Numbered from the stretch's first letter, positions 40,707 through 53,770 are shown. The stretch is 64,000 bases of DNA from Octopus vulgaris (GCA_951406725.2 OX597824.1:2046001-2110000); one strand, 5' to 3'. The notes: generated from the letters alone by a model not told the origin. Made by a program: numbers and translations.

Positions 40707-40926
40707 TCAATATAGGGTGGCAAAAAAATTTTGTAGAATTCTTTTGCCACCAGCGGCCTAGTGGGAAAAAATTAAATAGTCATAAACCATTTTTAAGTTC
40801 AACATCACAATCAAGGAACGGCCATAATAGGCCATTCACCCACTAGAAATAACAGCCAAAAGCTTTAACCGCAAAATAACTTCAATTCCGTAAACCAGGA
40901 GAAAATTAAAAAACATTTACCCTGTA

Positions 40927-41033
40927 ATTTCTTAGACGATGCACCGTTTCATCTACTGTTTAATGGAAAACTAACCTGATTAAATTAAATCAAGCCAATC
41001 TACCATAGGCCCTTAGATTCATCAGTAAGAAAT
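40927..41033 (-). ncRNA. Type I hammerhead ribozyme (left arm, minus strand)
   Basis: Exact reverse complement of 41091-41197. Confidence 0.85.
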
Positions 41034-41090
41034 AGCCAAGCCGGAACAGATAAAAAAAAAAAAAAAAAAAATATCTGTTCCGGCTTGGCT

Positions 41091-41197
41091 ATTTCTTACT
41101 GATGAATCTAAGGGCCTATGGTAGATTGGCTTGATTTAATTTAATCAGGTTAGTTTTCCATTAAACAGTAGATGAAACGGTGCATCGTCTAAGAAAT
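41091..41197 (+). ncRNA. Type I hammerhead ribozyme with canonical core
   Basis: atttctta-CTGATGA-atcta(58 nt)tagat-GAAA-cgg-tgca-tcg-TC-taagaaat: 8-bp stem I, 5-bp stem II, stem III with palindromic UGCA loop; predicted GUC cleavage after C41189. Confidence 0.88.
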
Positions 41198-41316
41198 TAC
41201 AGGGTAAATGTTTTTTAATTTTCTCCTGGTTTACGGAATTGACGTTATTTTGCGGTTAAAGCTTTTGGCTGTTATTTCTAGTGGGTGAATGGCCTATTAT
41301 GGCCGTTCCTTGATTG

Positions 41317-41360
<44 letters not shown>

Positions 41361-41910
41361 GGTAGAATTCGCCCAAAAAAACAAAAGACGAAAATAGGTG
41401 GTGTAGACAACAGATGTATTAGTATAACGCTCGGGAAGTGAAAAAGTCTTTAACGTTTCGAACCTACACTCTTCCACAGAAAGAAACAAGTAGAGTAAGT
41501 AAAGACTTTGTAGTGGCAAGCGATCTATCATAGCGAATGTCGTATAGAAATGTCACACAGGAGAGCTAGGAAGAAGGGGAGATAATAAAGTAGTGGTGAT
41601 CCCAAAATGAAGGTGCGCGTGCGTATGTATATAAGAGTTTGTATGTGCGTGTGGAAGAGGGCTGGTGATCTTGATGTGCGCGTGGTGGTGTGTTGTGATG
41701 TGATGTGTTGTGTGGTATGTTGGTGTAAGGTTCAGTGGTGTGTGGTGTTGTGTAATGGTGTTGGGAGGTGGTGGAGTCGAGAGAGGTGAAAATAAGGTTG
41801 GAGTCTGGGTTAGGCTGAGGGTAGGGGTAGAGGTGGGGAATGTGGCAGTGGGTGTAAGGGATGGGAAAGGATAGGGAAGGTGGGGTGGAATGTGTAGGGG
41901 TGGGAGGGAT
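41361..41910 (-). mobile_element. Penelope-like element family F, copy 2, with variant minimal hammerhead
   Basis: Minus strand 41484-41447: tcttt-CTGTGGA-A-gag(tgtagg)ttc-GAAA-cg-TT-aaaga. Preceded by a CA-rich low-complexity region; (TA)n on both sides. Confidence 0.7.
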
Positions 41911-41911
41911 G

Positions 41912-41944
<33 letters not shown>

Positions 41945-42461
41945 ATCAGCTTCGTATATATCATATTCCTAAATCTGAATTCCAATCAATAAGTTGCGCA
42001 TAAATCTTTATAATATCTCTTATGAGTCAACATATCATTATTGGTATATTTCGACGAGATGTTAAACCAATATTTACTGAGGAATGAATATTAACGGTCG
42101 GAATGACATCGGTAGTAATTTACTGATATTCTCTACTGTGACCAGAATCGACCTCACCAGAATTTTCATTACAAACCATTTACCTCGCTGGTTTATTGGC
42201 TGGTGCTAATTAGCCGTCCACTTGTTATATGAATATTAATATTAATTAGAAGAGCTGTAACTTGGCATAATTTTGTATACATTCATTTGCATTTCGAAAT
42301 ATTAACAAGTATGTATTAACCAAAAATCACCGTGTTTCGCGATGTAATCTCTACTGGGGTTTCTTCAAGTCGTGATCGTCGCTTCAATTTCATGTTTCCG
42401 AACGATGTTCTTAGTATAATACAGTTCTATATTTAAGAGATGAGGAATTATGTGCATTATT

Positions 42462-42642
42462 TATATTATTTACATTTGACGGATATTTGATCTCATCTTG
42501 TTTGTTGTTAACACAACGTTTCGGTTGATATATCCTCCAGCCTTCCTCAAGTTCGAAATTTCCCCCAGGACACCTGATAAAGGCTGGAGTATTAATAACA
42601 AACAAGATGAGGACAAACATCTGCCAAATGTAAATAATGTAT
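42462..42642. mobile_element. Inverted pair of Penelope-like pLTR fragments with hammerhead remnants
   Basis: Left arm on minus: TTGAGGA-A-ggctg(gaggatatat)caacc-GAAA-cg-TT-gtgtt. Right arm on plus: acac-CTGATAA-A-ggctg, then a deletion. Both arms share aacaaacaagatgag..caaatgtaaataat. Confidence 0.7.
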
Positions 42643-42669
42643 ATGTTCTTTGTATGTATTATTTTACTT

Positions 42670-42840
42670 TCACCACCTTTGGTAGATTAAATCGACCCCA
42701 GGACTAATTCTTTGTAAGCCTGGTACTAATTCTATCGGTGTTTTTTGCCGAACGGCTAGGTGACGGGGACGTAACCGTACCAACAACGGTTGTCAAGCGA
42801 TGGTGGGGGACAAATACAGATACAAATAACAAAAACACAC

Positions 42841-42878
<38 letters not shown>

Positions 42879-43053
42879 GTATATATATGTATAATAAGCT
42901 TCTTTTAGTTTTCGTCTATCAAATCCACTCACAAGGATTTGCTCGGCTCGAGGCTATAGTAGAAGACACTTGCCCAAGCTGCCATGCGATGAGACTGAAC
43001 CCGGAACCATGTAGTTGGGAAGCAGGCTTCTTACATCTAAGCCACTCCTACGC
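42670..43053 (-). mobile_element. SINE family 2, near full length
   Basis: Colinear with 60940-61293, including the internal (TA)n. Confidence 0.88.
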
Positions 43054-43157
43054 CTTTATATATTTTTCAAATATAGGATATGAAAATAAATGCAAGTGGA
43101 TTTCTAGATTCAAAATTCAAAATTCAAAGTGCTGCTATATATTTTCCGTGTTAATGG

Positions 43158-43320
43158 GGGTGAGCTTGCAGAATGGTTAGCACTTCTTCTTGCTCGCTAC
43201 GTTCTGCGTTCAAACCCCATCCAGGTAGAGCTGGTCATTCTTCTGCAAATCGCTAAAATAATTACCAGTCGAACCGTGAGATCCTTCACCGAATTTACTC
43301 ACCCTGTGCCTAGAGTACAA
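43158..43320 (+). mobile_element. SINE family 1, strongly diverged
   Basis: ggtgagcttgcagaatggttagcac..ctacgttctgcgttcaaa..taccagt..gtgcctagagta. Confidence 0.6.
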
Positions 43321-43863
43321 AGGATACATTTTCTGTTTTGTTAAAAAACAACCTACATGTACTTTATTGACTTCACTTCATTTAAACGAACTCACATCCT
43401 TGAAAAAGAAAAGAAATAAAACTTAATTATGTCTAATTAAAATATATTAATAATAGATTAAATAATAAATGAAATTGGATAGGAACTCCTAAAAAATATA
43501 TAAGGAACGCTAATCCTCTGATACAGCCACACTCTATCACGCTGATTCTGTCTGAGGATTTCATTTAGGAGTAAATACGTCTGCGGAACACTCAGCTACT
43601 TGCACGTTAAATCAACCGAACACCCAAGTGATTGCATCGTCAATGACCGTCATCCACCACCATCTGTTGTTCGTTAATTGAGGTGGTGTATATTTTTTTA
43701 GATTATTATATTTCTTGGTTTCTGTATAAATTTTAATGGCATTTATTTTTATGAAACTTTATTGTATGATATATTATGCACAGTGATTTTCAGAGAGGAG
43801 TAATAAACGTTCAGTTATGTACGAGAGACGAGAGACGAGAGAGAGGGAAAGAGAGAGAGAGAG

Positions 43864-43896
<33 letters not shown>

Positions 43897-44379
43897 CTAT
43901 AGATTATAAATAGTTAATTGCTGCCAAAGAAAATAATATCTATAATCAACAGTTGCCATCTGAGGAGAAAAAATATCTTGCAAAAAAGAAATAATTCACT
44001 AAGGAAGATGTAAATAAATACTGCGTTCGATGAACGAAAGCAAAACTCGTCTAGAAGTTCTGTTTGATAGTCGACTTAACATTGATAACGAATGCTGGCG
44101 AATATTAACGAGGGTAAGTCTGATATAATAGTCGATTGATACTGTTTTATAGACCATGATCCCGTATCGAATTCTCATACTTATCGATTTACTGAAAGAA
44201 ATATATGTTGATGTTAATAATCCCATTATCATATTTTAAAATAATGATGTTGTTTATGAGGATCCGCATTTGTCGGCAGCAACATTCGAACGTCTGTGAA
44301 ATTTATTTGGATAAAAAGCATTAATTTGAATCAATCATTATCCCTCAATAATAACAGTGTGACCTACATTGAACTTGCA

Positions 44380-44478
<99 letters not shown>

Positions 44479-44860
44479 CGGACAGTTCCAAGGCTACAAA
44501 CACACACATTTAATTTACGTCCTGTCTACTCACTGTTGAATACTCAGTTACAAAAACTGGTCGCTACTGGTTCAGATTCCCAGTTCTTTCTTGTATCTTT
44601 TAATCTCTTTTTTGTTCCTTCTGCTTTCACAATGCATTCTGTAGTTCTGAACCCGAAAACTGACTTCCAAATATACGGACCGAGCCGATACTTTTTTAAA
44701 TTTTTTTCTATCTCAAAATTCTCGTTTTATCTCTGGCCACATTATTCTTCCACAGAGACAGAAATCCCTTGGCTCCACAACATAGTCACAGACTCACACA
44801 CGCATATACATGTACGTTGTGTCTCTCAGTGTGTAACTGCATATAAGTATTATTTATTTA

Positions 44861-46097
44861 TTGGGTTGGCAACTAAATTCCCGCCGTATTGTTACATTTT
44901 GAAATTTATTGCGTTTTTAAATTTTGGAATTTATTTTTTTCGAGAAATCTATTTTTGAATCATGTTGGTATCCATTTTGTTTGTTTTTTTTTTCTGGTTA
45001 ATTTTAGTTAATTTTTTGTTTATTTTCATATCTTTTAAATGGAATGTAAAGTTAAGAAAACGAGTGTATGGAGAAGGTGCTATAACTGAAAGAACCGCTC
45101 GTGATTGGTATGCCAATTTCAAAAATGGATATTTTGACCTGATAGACGCACCAAGTTCTGGCCATCCAGTTGAGTTCGATGAAGAGCGATTTAACCAACT
45201 TTTGCACGAAAATTCTCGTCAAACGACAAAGGAACTGGCAGAGAAAATGGAATGCTCCCACACTGCTATAGAGAAGCATCTTCACTCGATGGGAAAGGTT
45301 CAGAATTATGGATCATGGGTTCAGCATGCTTTAAGTGACAACAACAAAAATCAATGATCCACAATCTCCGCTGATTTGTTTGCTCGTCACCGCTCAACTC
45401 TTGGACACAATCAGCGGTTTCTTTACCGAATCGTTACTGGCAACGAAAAATGGTGAGTGTACGTCAGTATGAAGCAGCGTAAGGAATGGCTAAACCCCCC
45501 AGTCAACCAGCGAAACCGCGCGTGAAACCAGATCTTCATCCGCGTGAAACGATGTTGTGCGTATGGTGGGACTGGGAAGGGATTATCCATTACAAATTGC
45601 TTGAACGGAACCAAACGGTCAACGCGGAACTCTATGTTCCACAGATGGAACGACTCAACACGGCTATTGAAGAGAAAAAACCTAATCAGCAGCATGGAGT
45701 TCTGATGCTGCACGACAACGACAAATGATGCTGCCATCATATTGCTAATATGACCACAGGAAGCCATTCAAACGCATGGCTAGGAAGTGCTGCTACATCC
45801 GCCGTGATCTCTTGATTTGGCACCAACGGATTCCCACCTCTTTTCATCTCTTTCAAATACTATGCGCGTAGTTTCGTTCAATACTGATGCACAACTAAGA
45901 GCTTGGTTGGATCGATTTTTCAAGTCGAAGTCGGGTGATTTCTACCATCGAGGTATTGAAAATATTGTTGAAAGTTGGGAAGAAGTTGTGAACAACAAGG
46001 GTGAATACATGATTGATTAATTAGTTGTTATTTTTTATTAATTCTTTAAAAAAAATTTAGACTTTAAAAAACCGTGCGAACTTAGTTACCAACCCAA
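44861..46097 (+). mobile_element. Full-length decayed mariner (DD34D) transposon
   Basis: TIRs ttgggttggcaactaaattc.. / ..gaacttagttaccaacccaa, flanked by TA at 44859-44860 and 46098-46099; 1237 bp. Confidence 0.95.
45039..46020 (+). pseudogene. Mariner transposase pseudogene
   Basis: HTH segment VYGEGAITERTARDWYANF, WVQHAL (WVPHEL), RIVTGNEKW, MLCVWWDWEGIIHYKLL, LHDN, LAPTDSHLF (YSPDLAPSD); several stops and frameshifts plus an N-terminal deletion. Confidence 0.93.
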
Positions 46098-47460
46098 TAG
46101 AATGTATGAAAGTCTTTGCACCATTATTCATTGTCAAAAATCAAAAACATTCTGTGTCCACCTTATTTTCTGACACCCCCCTACAGATCGAATTCAATGT
46201 AAATCACGTAGATATCCCTGAACACAAAATTATGCAACCATTGTGAAATGAAAGCTACATCGCATCTTTCTCCTCCTCCACTTCCACCTCCCTCTAAAAT
46301 AATTCATAAAATAGACAGGGGACTCGAAATTCTCTTGCGGAATTACTCGATTAAATCGTCCCATCACTCGACTTGTAGCTTTATCGACTCAAAAGGGATG
46401 AAAGGCAAATATGACACCGGTACAATTTCAATTAGAAAAGCGTAAAAACCCGTAACATGTACCACTCGACGGTTTACACGACGCTCTATCACGCTATTAT
46501 GCTTCTTCTAACTAAAATAATATGGTAAAAAACCGAATCTGACAGATATAAATATACTATAAAAGGAAATCATAAAGTTTGTTCCATTCAACACTAATAT
46601 TTACAGGCGACTTTATGTGCGATGATAACGAACTTACGCAAAAGGCGCTACTTCTTAACATTTTGAACGTGTGGTGACGAAGTTACTATTAAATCATTTG
46701 TAATTATTCTCATCGTCCTATTTAATAACTGCCTTTCCAAAATAGAAAATGGGCTAATATGACAGAATGTTTACAGGGTATTAATCTCAGTTTGCTAAAG
46801 CACTTTAATATCAAAGTAGTTTAAAATATTAGTTTTAGGAGTGTATCGAATGCATAACAATTCTCGCTCAAACAATCAGTGCTTTCTTGCGTCAAATAGC
46901 AGACGCTTAACTTCCAAACTTACAGTTTTATAAATATCATAAAATAATTTGAGACGATGAAGTAAAGACGAACAATTTTGATGTCGCTTCAACCGCTGAG
47001 GCTTTAACTGGTTTCACGTCCTGCTAAAAATAGCAGACAACTTCCCCTTAATCACACAGTAACTATTTAAAAGGGAAGGAGATATTACAATATAATACTT
47101 TTATAAAGATATGATTTTGCCAAGGCTGGAATGCTTTCCGCCAAACATCAGCTGGTTCAAAACCCAACTGGAGAAAGGAAAATAACGACAACAACATTGA
47201 CAGCAACAAGAGAAACAACAAACACATATCGTATGTACAGTTGGTTTCTGCTCCCTCCACAACCAAAGAAACAATTATCACCGGTAAACAATTGAATAAT
47301 CGCCTGCTTTTCGCTTGCTTTACATATGCTTCCATAGCAAAAGAAATATGTGTGTGGTCGACAGATGCAAACACATAACCCGCCTCACGTTCAGAGACAC
47401 ATGAGCAAAATACAAACACACAGAAGAACGATTAAAATACACATATATATATATATATAT

Positions 47461-47521
47461 ATACTTCCTTATTTCTTTATTGCCCACAAGGGGAAAATAC
47501 ATACATACATACATACATACA

Positions 47522-47558
<37 letters not shown>

Positions 47559-47604
47559 TTCCTTATTTCTTTATTGCCCACAAGGGGAAAATACATACAC
47601 ACAC

Positions 47605-47652
<48 letters not shown>

Positions 47653-47656
47653 TTCC
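47461..47656. repeat. Tandem duplication of a SINE-tail fragment within (TA)n/(TACA)n
   Basis: atacttccttatttctttattgcccacaaggggaaaatacatac at 47461 and about 47555; a partial atacttcc at about 47649. Confidence 0.85.
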
Positions 47657-48337
47657 ATGCATATGTTAGATCCGTGTGTGCGTGTTTGCGCGCGTCTATT
47701 TAGGTGTATGAATATGGCCGTATCGATATTTCTTGTAATTAATCAAAATATTCTGCGTCTCAGATTTCTTGACAACGGCAATCTCCGCCATTAACCATAA
47801 ACGCCAACACACATTGATACAGATATACACATCCAAAGTACTATGAAATGATTGTGTTGAATATCTGTGTGTACGTGTATGTGTGCAGATCTGTGAGTAT
47901 GTGGCTTGTCACATATATGGATGTATGTGTATATTTGTATATGTATATACATATATGTGTTAGTGTGTGTGTTTGTGTGTGTATTTATGACCCTATATGA
48001 ATGTGTACCTGTTTGTAAATATGCTTTTCTGCATATGCATTATACATATTTCTATCTGCGTGCGTGTGTGTGTGTAGGAGCGTGTATGTACATATATGTG
48101 TGTTTGTGTGTGCGCGCGGTTAGATATATCAGTTTCAGAATTTCCTTGTCTAAAACTAATAAGTGCATTGAATAAAAATTGGATTTATTCGTTTGCTGAT
48201 CAATTACATGCCAACGTTGTTATACACAAACATCGCTACAAAGAAGTGGTTAATATATTACCGACCGATGAAGTCGATTGGTAAAACTAGATTTAGTCTG
48301 CAGCTCCACCGGACTGCCTCCTCTCTCCAACACCCCG

Positions 48338-48368
<31 letters not shown>

Positions 48369-48502
48369 TGTCTCTCACTCTTTCTCACTCTCGCTCTCCT
48401 AATTGTGTTATAAGATCCAATGTCTGTGCATATACGCAAAAGTACAAGGACACACGCTCGGAAAAAATCGTAGCCATATATGCATATACGAAAGAGTCCG
48501 CG

Positions 48503-48551
<49 letters not shown>

Positions 48552-48609
48552 CGGGAAGCTTTATGAAAATAGACAGAAGACGAAGGCAGGTTTACGGAAA
48601 TAAATATAT

Positions 48610-48692
<83 letters not shown>

Positions 48693-49355
48693 CCAGTAGA
48701 GATATCCGGCGTTGCCTGTGTTACATACAATTTAAGAATTAGATTCTTCTGTTATAATTTCTCTAATGAACTAGAATATCTATGTTTCGAATTTCCTGAA
48801 AATTGCAGATGAGTGTTATTTCCCTCTTTACACACCCTAAACAAATTGTAATCGTGCCACATGTATCCCATACTACTGATTTTCCATGTGCATATTCCAA
48901 AATTCCAGTCTTATTGAACCTGTTAAAAAGATTTTGCTCCTGAAAAATGAAGGTCATGGAGCTCTAAAATGTGAGAGTTAAGGCCCCTGTTGGGGGTGGG
49001 CATCTTAATGTCAACCAGAGAATTTGAATTGTTGAGAATATTTTTAACTTAGGTCTTATATCTATTGTTTGAATTTCTTTGAAATAGGAAATATATGTTC
49101 ACTGGGTTTGTAAAAGAGAGCAAAGCTACAGGAAACCAAAAGACGAATGATCACAATAAGCAGTCAGCTACCCTACCCTAGTCGTTAATACTCCCAATAT
49201 AGGATTCCTCACCATCCAGGTGACAGATACAGCCGAAAGATGCATTACGAATCTATAGCAATTGGAAGTGCGTGACTCAACTGTGTATATATATTACATG
49301 TACATCTATATATATCTACATCTATACATATACGTCTGTATATATACATGTGTAT

Positions 49356-49412
<57 letters not shown>

Positions 49413-49562
49413 GTGAAATAGAAAGATGAATAATCTTGTAGTAGATTAATCAAAAGTTTAACCGATACCTTAGTAGCAAAAATCACAGCAGTAAAACAGC
49501 ACGGTTGGAGGTACAACCATATGGTGTTGCAACCGTGCGTTGGTGCGGATAATTGAAATTAG

Positions 49563-49816
49563 AACATTATTGGTGAATTGAAGAAATGGAGCTGAACGTA
49601 GATTGAACAGAAATCGTTTTATTTCATTCTACACGTGTTTCGAAAGGCACAAATTACCAAAATCCGATGGAATAATGGAATAATAAGACACAATATGGTC
49701 CCATTATTCCATCGGATTTTGGTAATTTGTGCCTTTCGAAACACGTGTAGAATGAAATAAAACGATTTCTGTTCAATCTACGTTCAGCTCCATTTCTTCA
49801 ATTCACCAATAATGTT
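49563..49816. repeat. Perfect inverted repeat (116-bp arms, 22-bp spacer) with hammerhead 3' half
   Basis: 49563-49678 is the reverse complement of 49701-49816. Each arm has GAAA-cacgtg-TA-gaatgaaat (49738-49758 on plus) but no CUGANGA. Abuts (TA)n. Confidence 0.9.
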
Positions 49817-49873
49817 ATATATATATATATATATATATATACATCCAAGTATATACATCTCTCTCTCTCTCTC

Positions 49874-49929
<56 letters not shown>

Positions 49930-50174
49930 CATATATATACAATAGAGAGATGTTTTTATTTCACTTTTAACACGTAATACTGAAATAGTGGAGAAGATAT
50001 GACATTGCTCGCCCTAGGCTCGCCCTAGGCAAGATGTTAAAGTTGTTTTGTCCATAACACTACATGGACCCTAAGTGAGGCATGTGTTATATTTGAATGA
50101 AATTGGTTGTGTAGTTCTCAAGTTTTAGGGATTCACACATACAGACAGACACACACACACACACACATTCTCAG

Positions 50175-50214
<40 letters not shown>

Positions 50215-50215
50215 C

Positions 50216-50259
<44 letters not shown>

Positions 50260-50374
50260 ATATATACATATATACATATATATGTGTGTATACATGTATA
50301 TATGTATATGTATTTATATATATGCACATACTTATATATACATATACATATATACATGTATACACATACACATG

Positions 50375-50423
<49 letters not shown>

Positions 50424-51308
50424 TATGCATACACATACATATATGTGTGTATGTGTGTTTGCGTGTGTGCGCGTACGTATGTGTCTGTGCTCGGGCGAGT
50501 GTTTGTATTTGTGTCTGTGCCTATGTATTCATGTAATCATATGGACGTGTGCCGTTCGTGTGAATAATCCCAACTGAAGTATATGTATGTGTGTGTGTGT
50601 GTGCGTGAGTGTATTGGTGATCGATGTGTATGTTCAAGTGAGCGTAATATTATTCTGATATAATCTACTTTCTATAATAAGCCTCGTTGTTTGGATCAAA
50701 ATAGATAACGAGTGAGGGTTAATTGTGTGTTGACATGGACAAGCGGCCACCATATTGCTTAGAGTTTGTTATTTTCTTTGTACTTTTTTTCATTTACTTC
50801 ACGCTAAATTTCCATATTTTTTTCTTTCTGCAAACAGTCGAGCCTTCTGAGATAGCTGGAAGAGAATTGTGTTAATCTTAATTCAACTTTTTCAAGATAC
50901 TATAAAGCATAAAACGTTTATCTATATTGATTTCTTTTACTTTAGTCACAAAGATTCATGTTTATAGCAGAGATGAAACGAGATTATGCAATTTTCTTGC
51001 CTTTCAGTCGGGGATTTTCGACGTAAAAATTGTTAATATTGGCCACTATTACATAAGTACATACCAATATTTTTAAAGGACATTCAGATATACACAGTTA
51101 GAATCCATAACATGGTATCTCATATTCAAATATATTAATTTTCTTCGGCCGTTTCAGGATGTTATATGAGTATATTTATTCTGACACACAGATGTACGGC
51201 TTGTTTGTATATGTACATATGTATCTGTCAACATAATTCGTTAAACAGAATAGGCAATCTAGTCAAACAAATTACACGATATATAAACTTATTATCAAGA
51301 GCGACAAA

Positions 51309-51765
51309 GGCGGCAACCGGTTGAATAGTTATCGGACCACATCTTTACGTTCTGAGATGGGAGGCATCCGAGGTAGGCGTTACCTTCCACTTTTTGTGGG
51401 ATCGGTAAATCAAGGACCAGCTGATTTCTATGGGTCGATGTAATCGACCTGCCCCTCTACCGTAACTTCAGCCCTTGCACCTAGATTAGAAAAGATTAGT
51501 AAGTCAGACAGTGCATATTAGCACACAAACACAAATTTTGAATTATATATTAGTTTCAAATTTTGGCACAAGACCAGACATTTTTTGGGGTGAGCGAAAT
51601 TTGTTTATATCGATCCCAGTACGTAACTGATAGTTACTTTATAGACCCCGAAAGGATAAAAGGCAAAGTCAATCTTTGCAGAATATGCACACAGAACGTA
51701 AAGACGGACAAAATGCCGCTAAGCGTTTTGTTTGGCGTGCTAACGATTCTCCCAGTTCGACGCCA
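51309..51765. mobile_element. Two diverged family 1 SINEs, tail-to-tail (about 51309-51490 +, 51555-51765 -)
   Basis: Core motifs acgttctgag..gggtcgatgtaatcgac on plus, and gaccccgaaaggataaaaggcaaagtc..gctaacgattct on minus. Confidence 0.7.
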
Positions 51766-52324
51766 TTTTAAATTATATATCAGAAGCTATTCTCCGACGG
51801 ATTTTAATACAAGTGGTATTTAGCTCTACTTCTAATGTTTCTTAGATCAGATCCTGTTGAAATCAACTTTGATATTTTCTTACCGAACGTCCCAACTATA
51901 GAACACCTCCTATCTGAAGTTATAGTTCCTAATCAACTCTCATCAATATATTAATGGCGGATTGACCATCCAACAACACTCTGTAATCATCAGATCCACA
52001 TTTACTATATTATGTTGCGACCCTACCTAGGACTATGCTGCACATTCAGGCGTCACCTCAAAAACATGAGTTCGCCATCTCTCTTATAATTTCTCTTCTC
52101 TTTTGTATATACACTATTCAATTTATTATTGTACACCATTATATGTTGAAAGTCATTCCACTCAGGAATATTCCCGCTGTTTGAGAGAGAATAAGTTATC
52201 CATTGAGCCCTTCCTGTTAAAACCTGAACAGTTTCTATTAAGGTAGGTTTGGGGACTATTACTCGCAGGCTGAGTGGCAGAATATAGCTTCTCAGTTTTG
52301 TATAAACATACGTAAATAAGCATA

Positions 52325-52640
52325 TGTGAAGGCACAGTCATCTAGTAGTGAATTTGGTCCCGGACCAGGCTGTGTGTTCTGTTCCTGTGCAAGACGTTTT
52401 TTTTTTTATTCATGCCACTCCAGTTCACTCAGCTGTAGAAATGAATTGCGATGTCACTGCTGCCCAGATGTATCGGCCCCTTTGCCTTTCCCTTGGATAA
52501 CATTGGTTGCGTGGAAAAGGGAGGCCGGTATGCATGGGCGATTGCTGGTCTTCTATAAACAACCTCACCCAGACTTGTGCCTCGGAGAGTAACTTTCTAG
52601 ATGCAATCCCAGGGTCATCTATGACCGAAGTGCTTCTTTT
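52325..52640 (+). mobile_element. SINE family 3
   Basis: Colinear with the reverse complement of 9640-10001 (ctcagctgtagaaatga..gtcactg..gggaggccggtatgcatgggcgattgctggtc..ggtcatctatgaccga). Confidence 0.75.
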
Positions 52641-53099
52641 ACCCTTCCTTACGTAGATTCTGAATATTGCCAGAGTCATGTAAAGTATTTTCAGAAGTAA
52701 AAAAAAAAAAATTTGTGAATGAGAGGAATAGAGAGCGCGATATGACCTGTGTACAAAAGTTGCTCTCCACATGATATTAGTGGTGTGTTCTCCAGCACAG
52801 TATATCTAGAGTGAGACCCAACAATAGGATGATGTTATCTTTTGATCTGAGATCATGGCCCTAAGGTAACAATGGAGTAAGTTCCGCTAAGAGGAAGTCA
52901 ATGACCACCTATAGTATGTGGAAGCCATTTGAGTTATATGATTGTCATCGCTTACAGCTTTAATCCTATATTTATATTCATTTCTGAGTCTTCACTGTTT
53001 TCGTTTTCTGTGTAAGTGTTAAGATTTTTGTTTCTCTTTTTGCGATCATAATAGATGAATTGTAATAACTTTTTTTTTATTTTGGTGTTGTTCTCAGCC

Positions 53100-53770
53100 A
53101 GGAAAATATTGAAAGTTTTCGAGTTAATATTGTTGTCTAGAACCGGATATTTATCAGTGGGATGTCATCTGTATATGAAGCTGTGAAAGTGATGTGTTAA
53201 GGTCTGCGGTCATACAGATAAAAAATGATCAATTAATCCGGACTACTTTGGTACTAAATGATATTATTCTTGTCAACAACATAGCCTTGAGAAGTGTCCA
53301 GGCTGAATACTTGTGAGACAATTTCAGTTGGTTTTCTTCATTCCTCATCACCAATAGCAACTGAAATTATTTATTTTCAAAAGCAGTTCATCTATAAAAA
53401 AAATCCCTCTGTAGTAGATATAATGTATTCGATCTATGCCTACCTTATCCTACATAGCCATCCTTTTGTCAAATGCCGTGTGTCGGTGTCTCTGTCTATC
53501 AAGTGTTAACAAAATGTCTGAATCATTGTCTTTAATTATTCCTTGTGGGAGTGCTTAAATAATGTCTATCAAGTAACAGAATCCAGATGTCGACGCTAGA
53601 CAAAGTGACTTACTTCTTGTTTCATTGTTATTGAAACTATCATGAATTTCCGAGCAAGATTCGTGAGTTGTGTCACGGGAAATGTACTTTTCGGAACACT
53701 TGTCCCGAATAGCAGAGAAGTAATTGATGTGGAGATGCATGGCAAGTGTAAACTGTATGGATTGCCATTT
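53100..53770 (-). pseudogene. Decayed non-LTR retrotransposon RT fragment
   Basis: Minus-strand AFDK and SYTDDIPLIN (YADD-like) motifs in the expected order; many disruptions. Confidence 0.45.

Larger units (their letters stand above)
40802..41322. mobile_element. Palindromic double-hammerhead element (251-bp arms, 1 mismatch, 19-nt A spacer)
   Basis: 40802-41052 is the reverse complement of 41072-41322 except one substitution; right end abuts (TA)n. Confidence 0.92.

Noticed and set aside
44296-44958. 220-aa ORF
   Set aside because: Chimeric read-through of (CT)n(AT)n, AT-rich flank and the mariner TIR; no domain.
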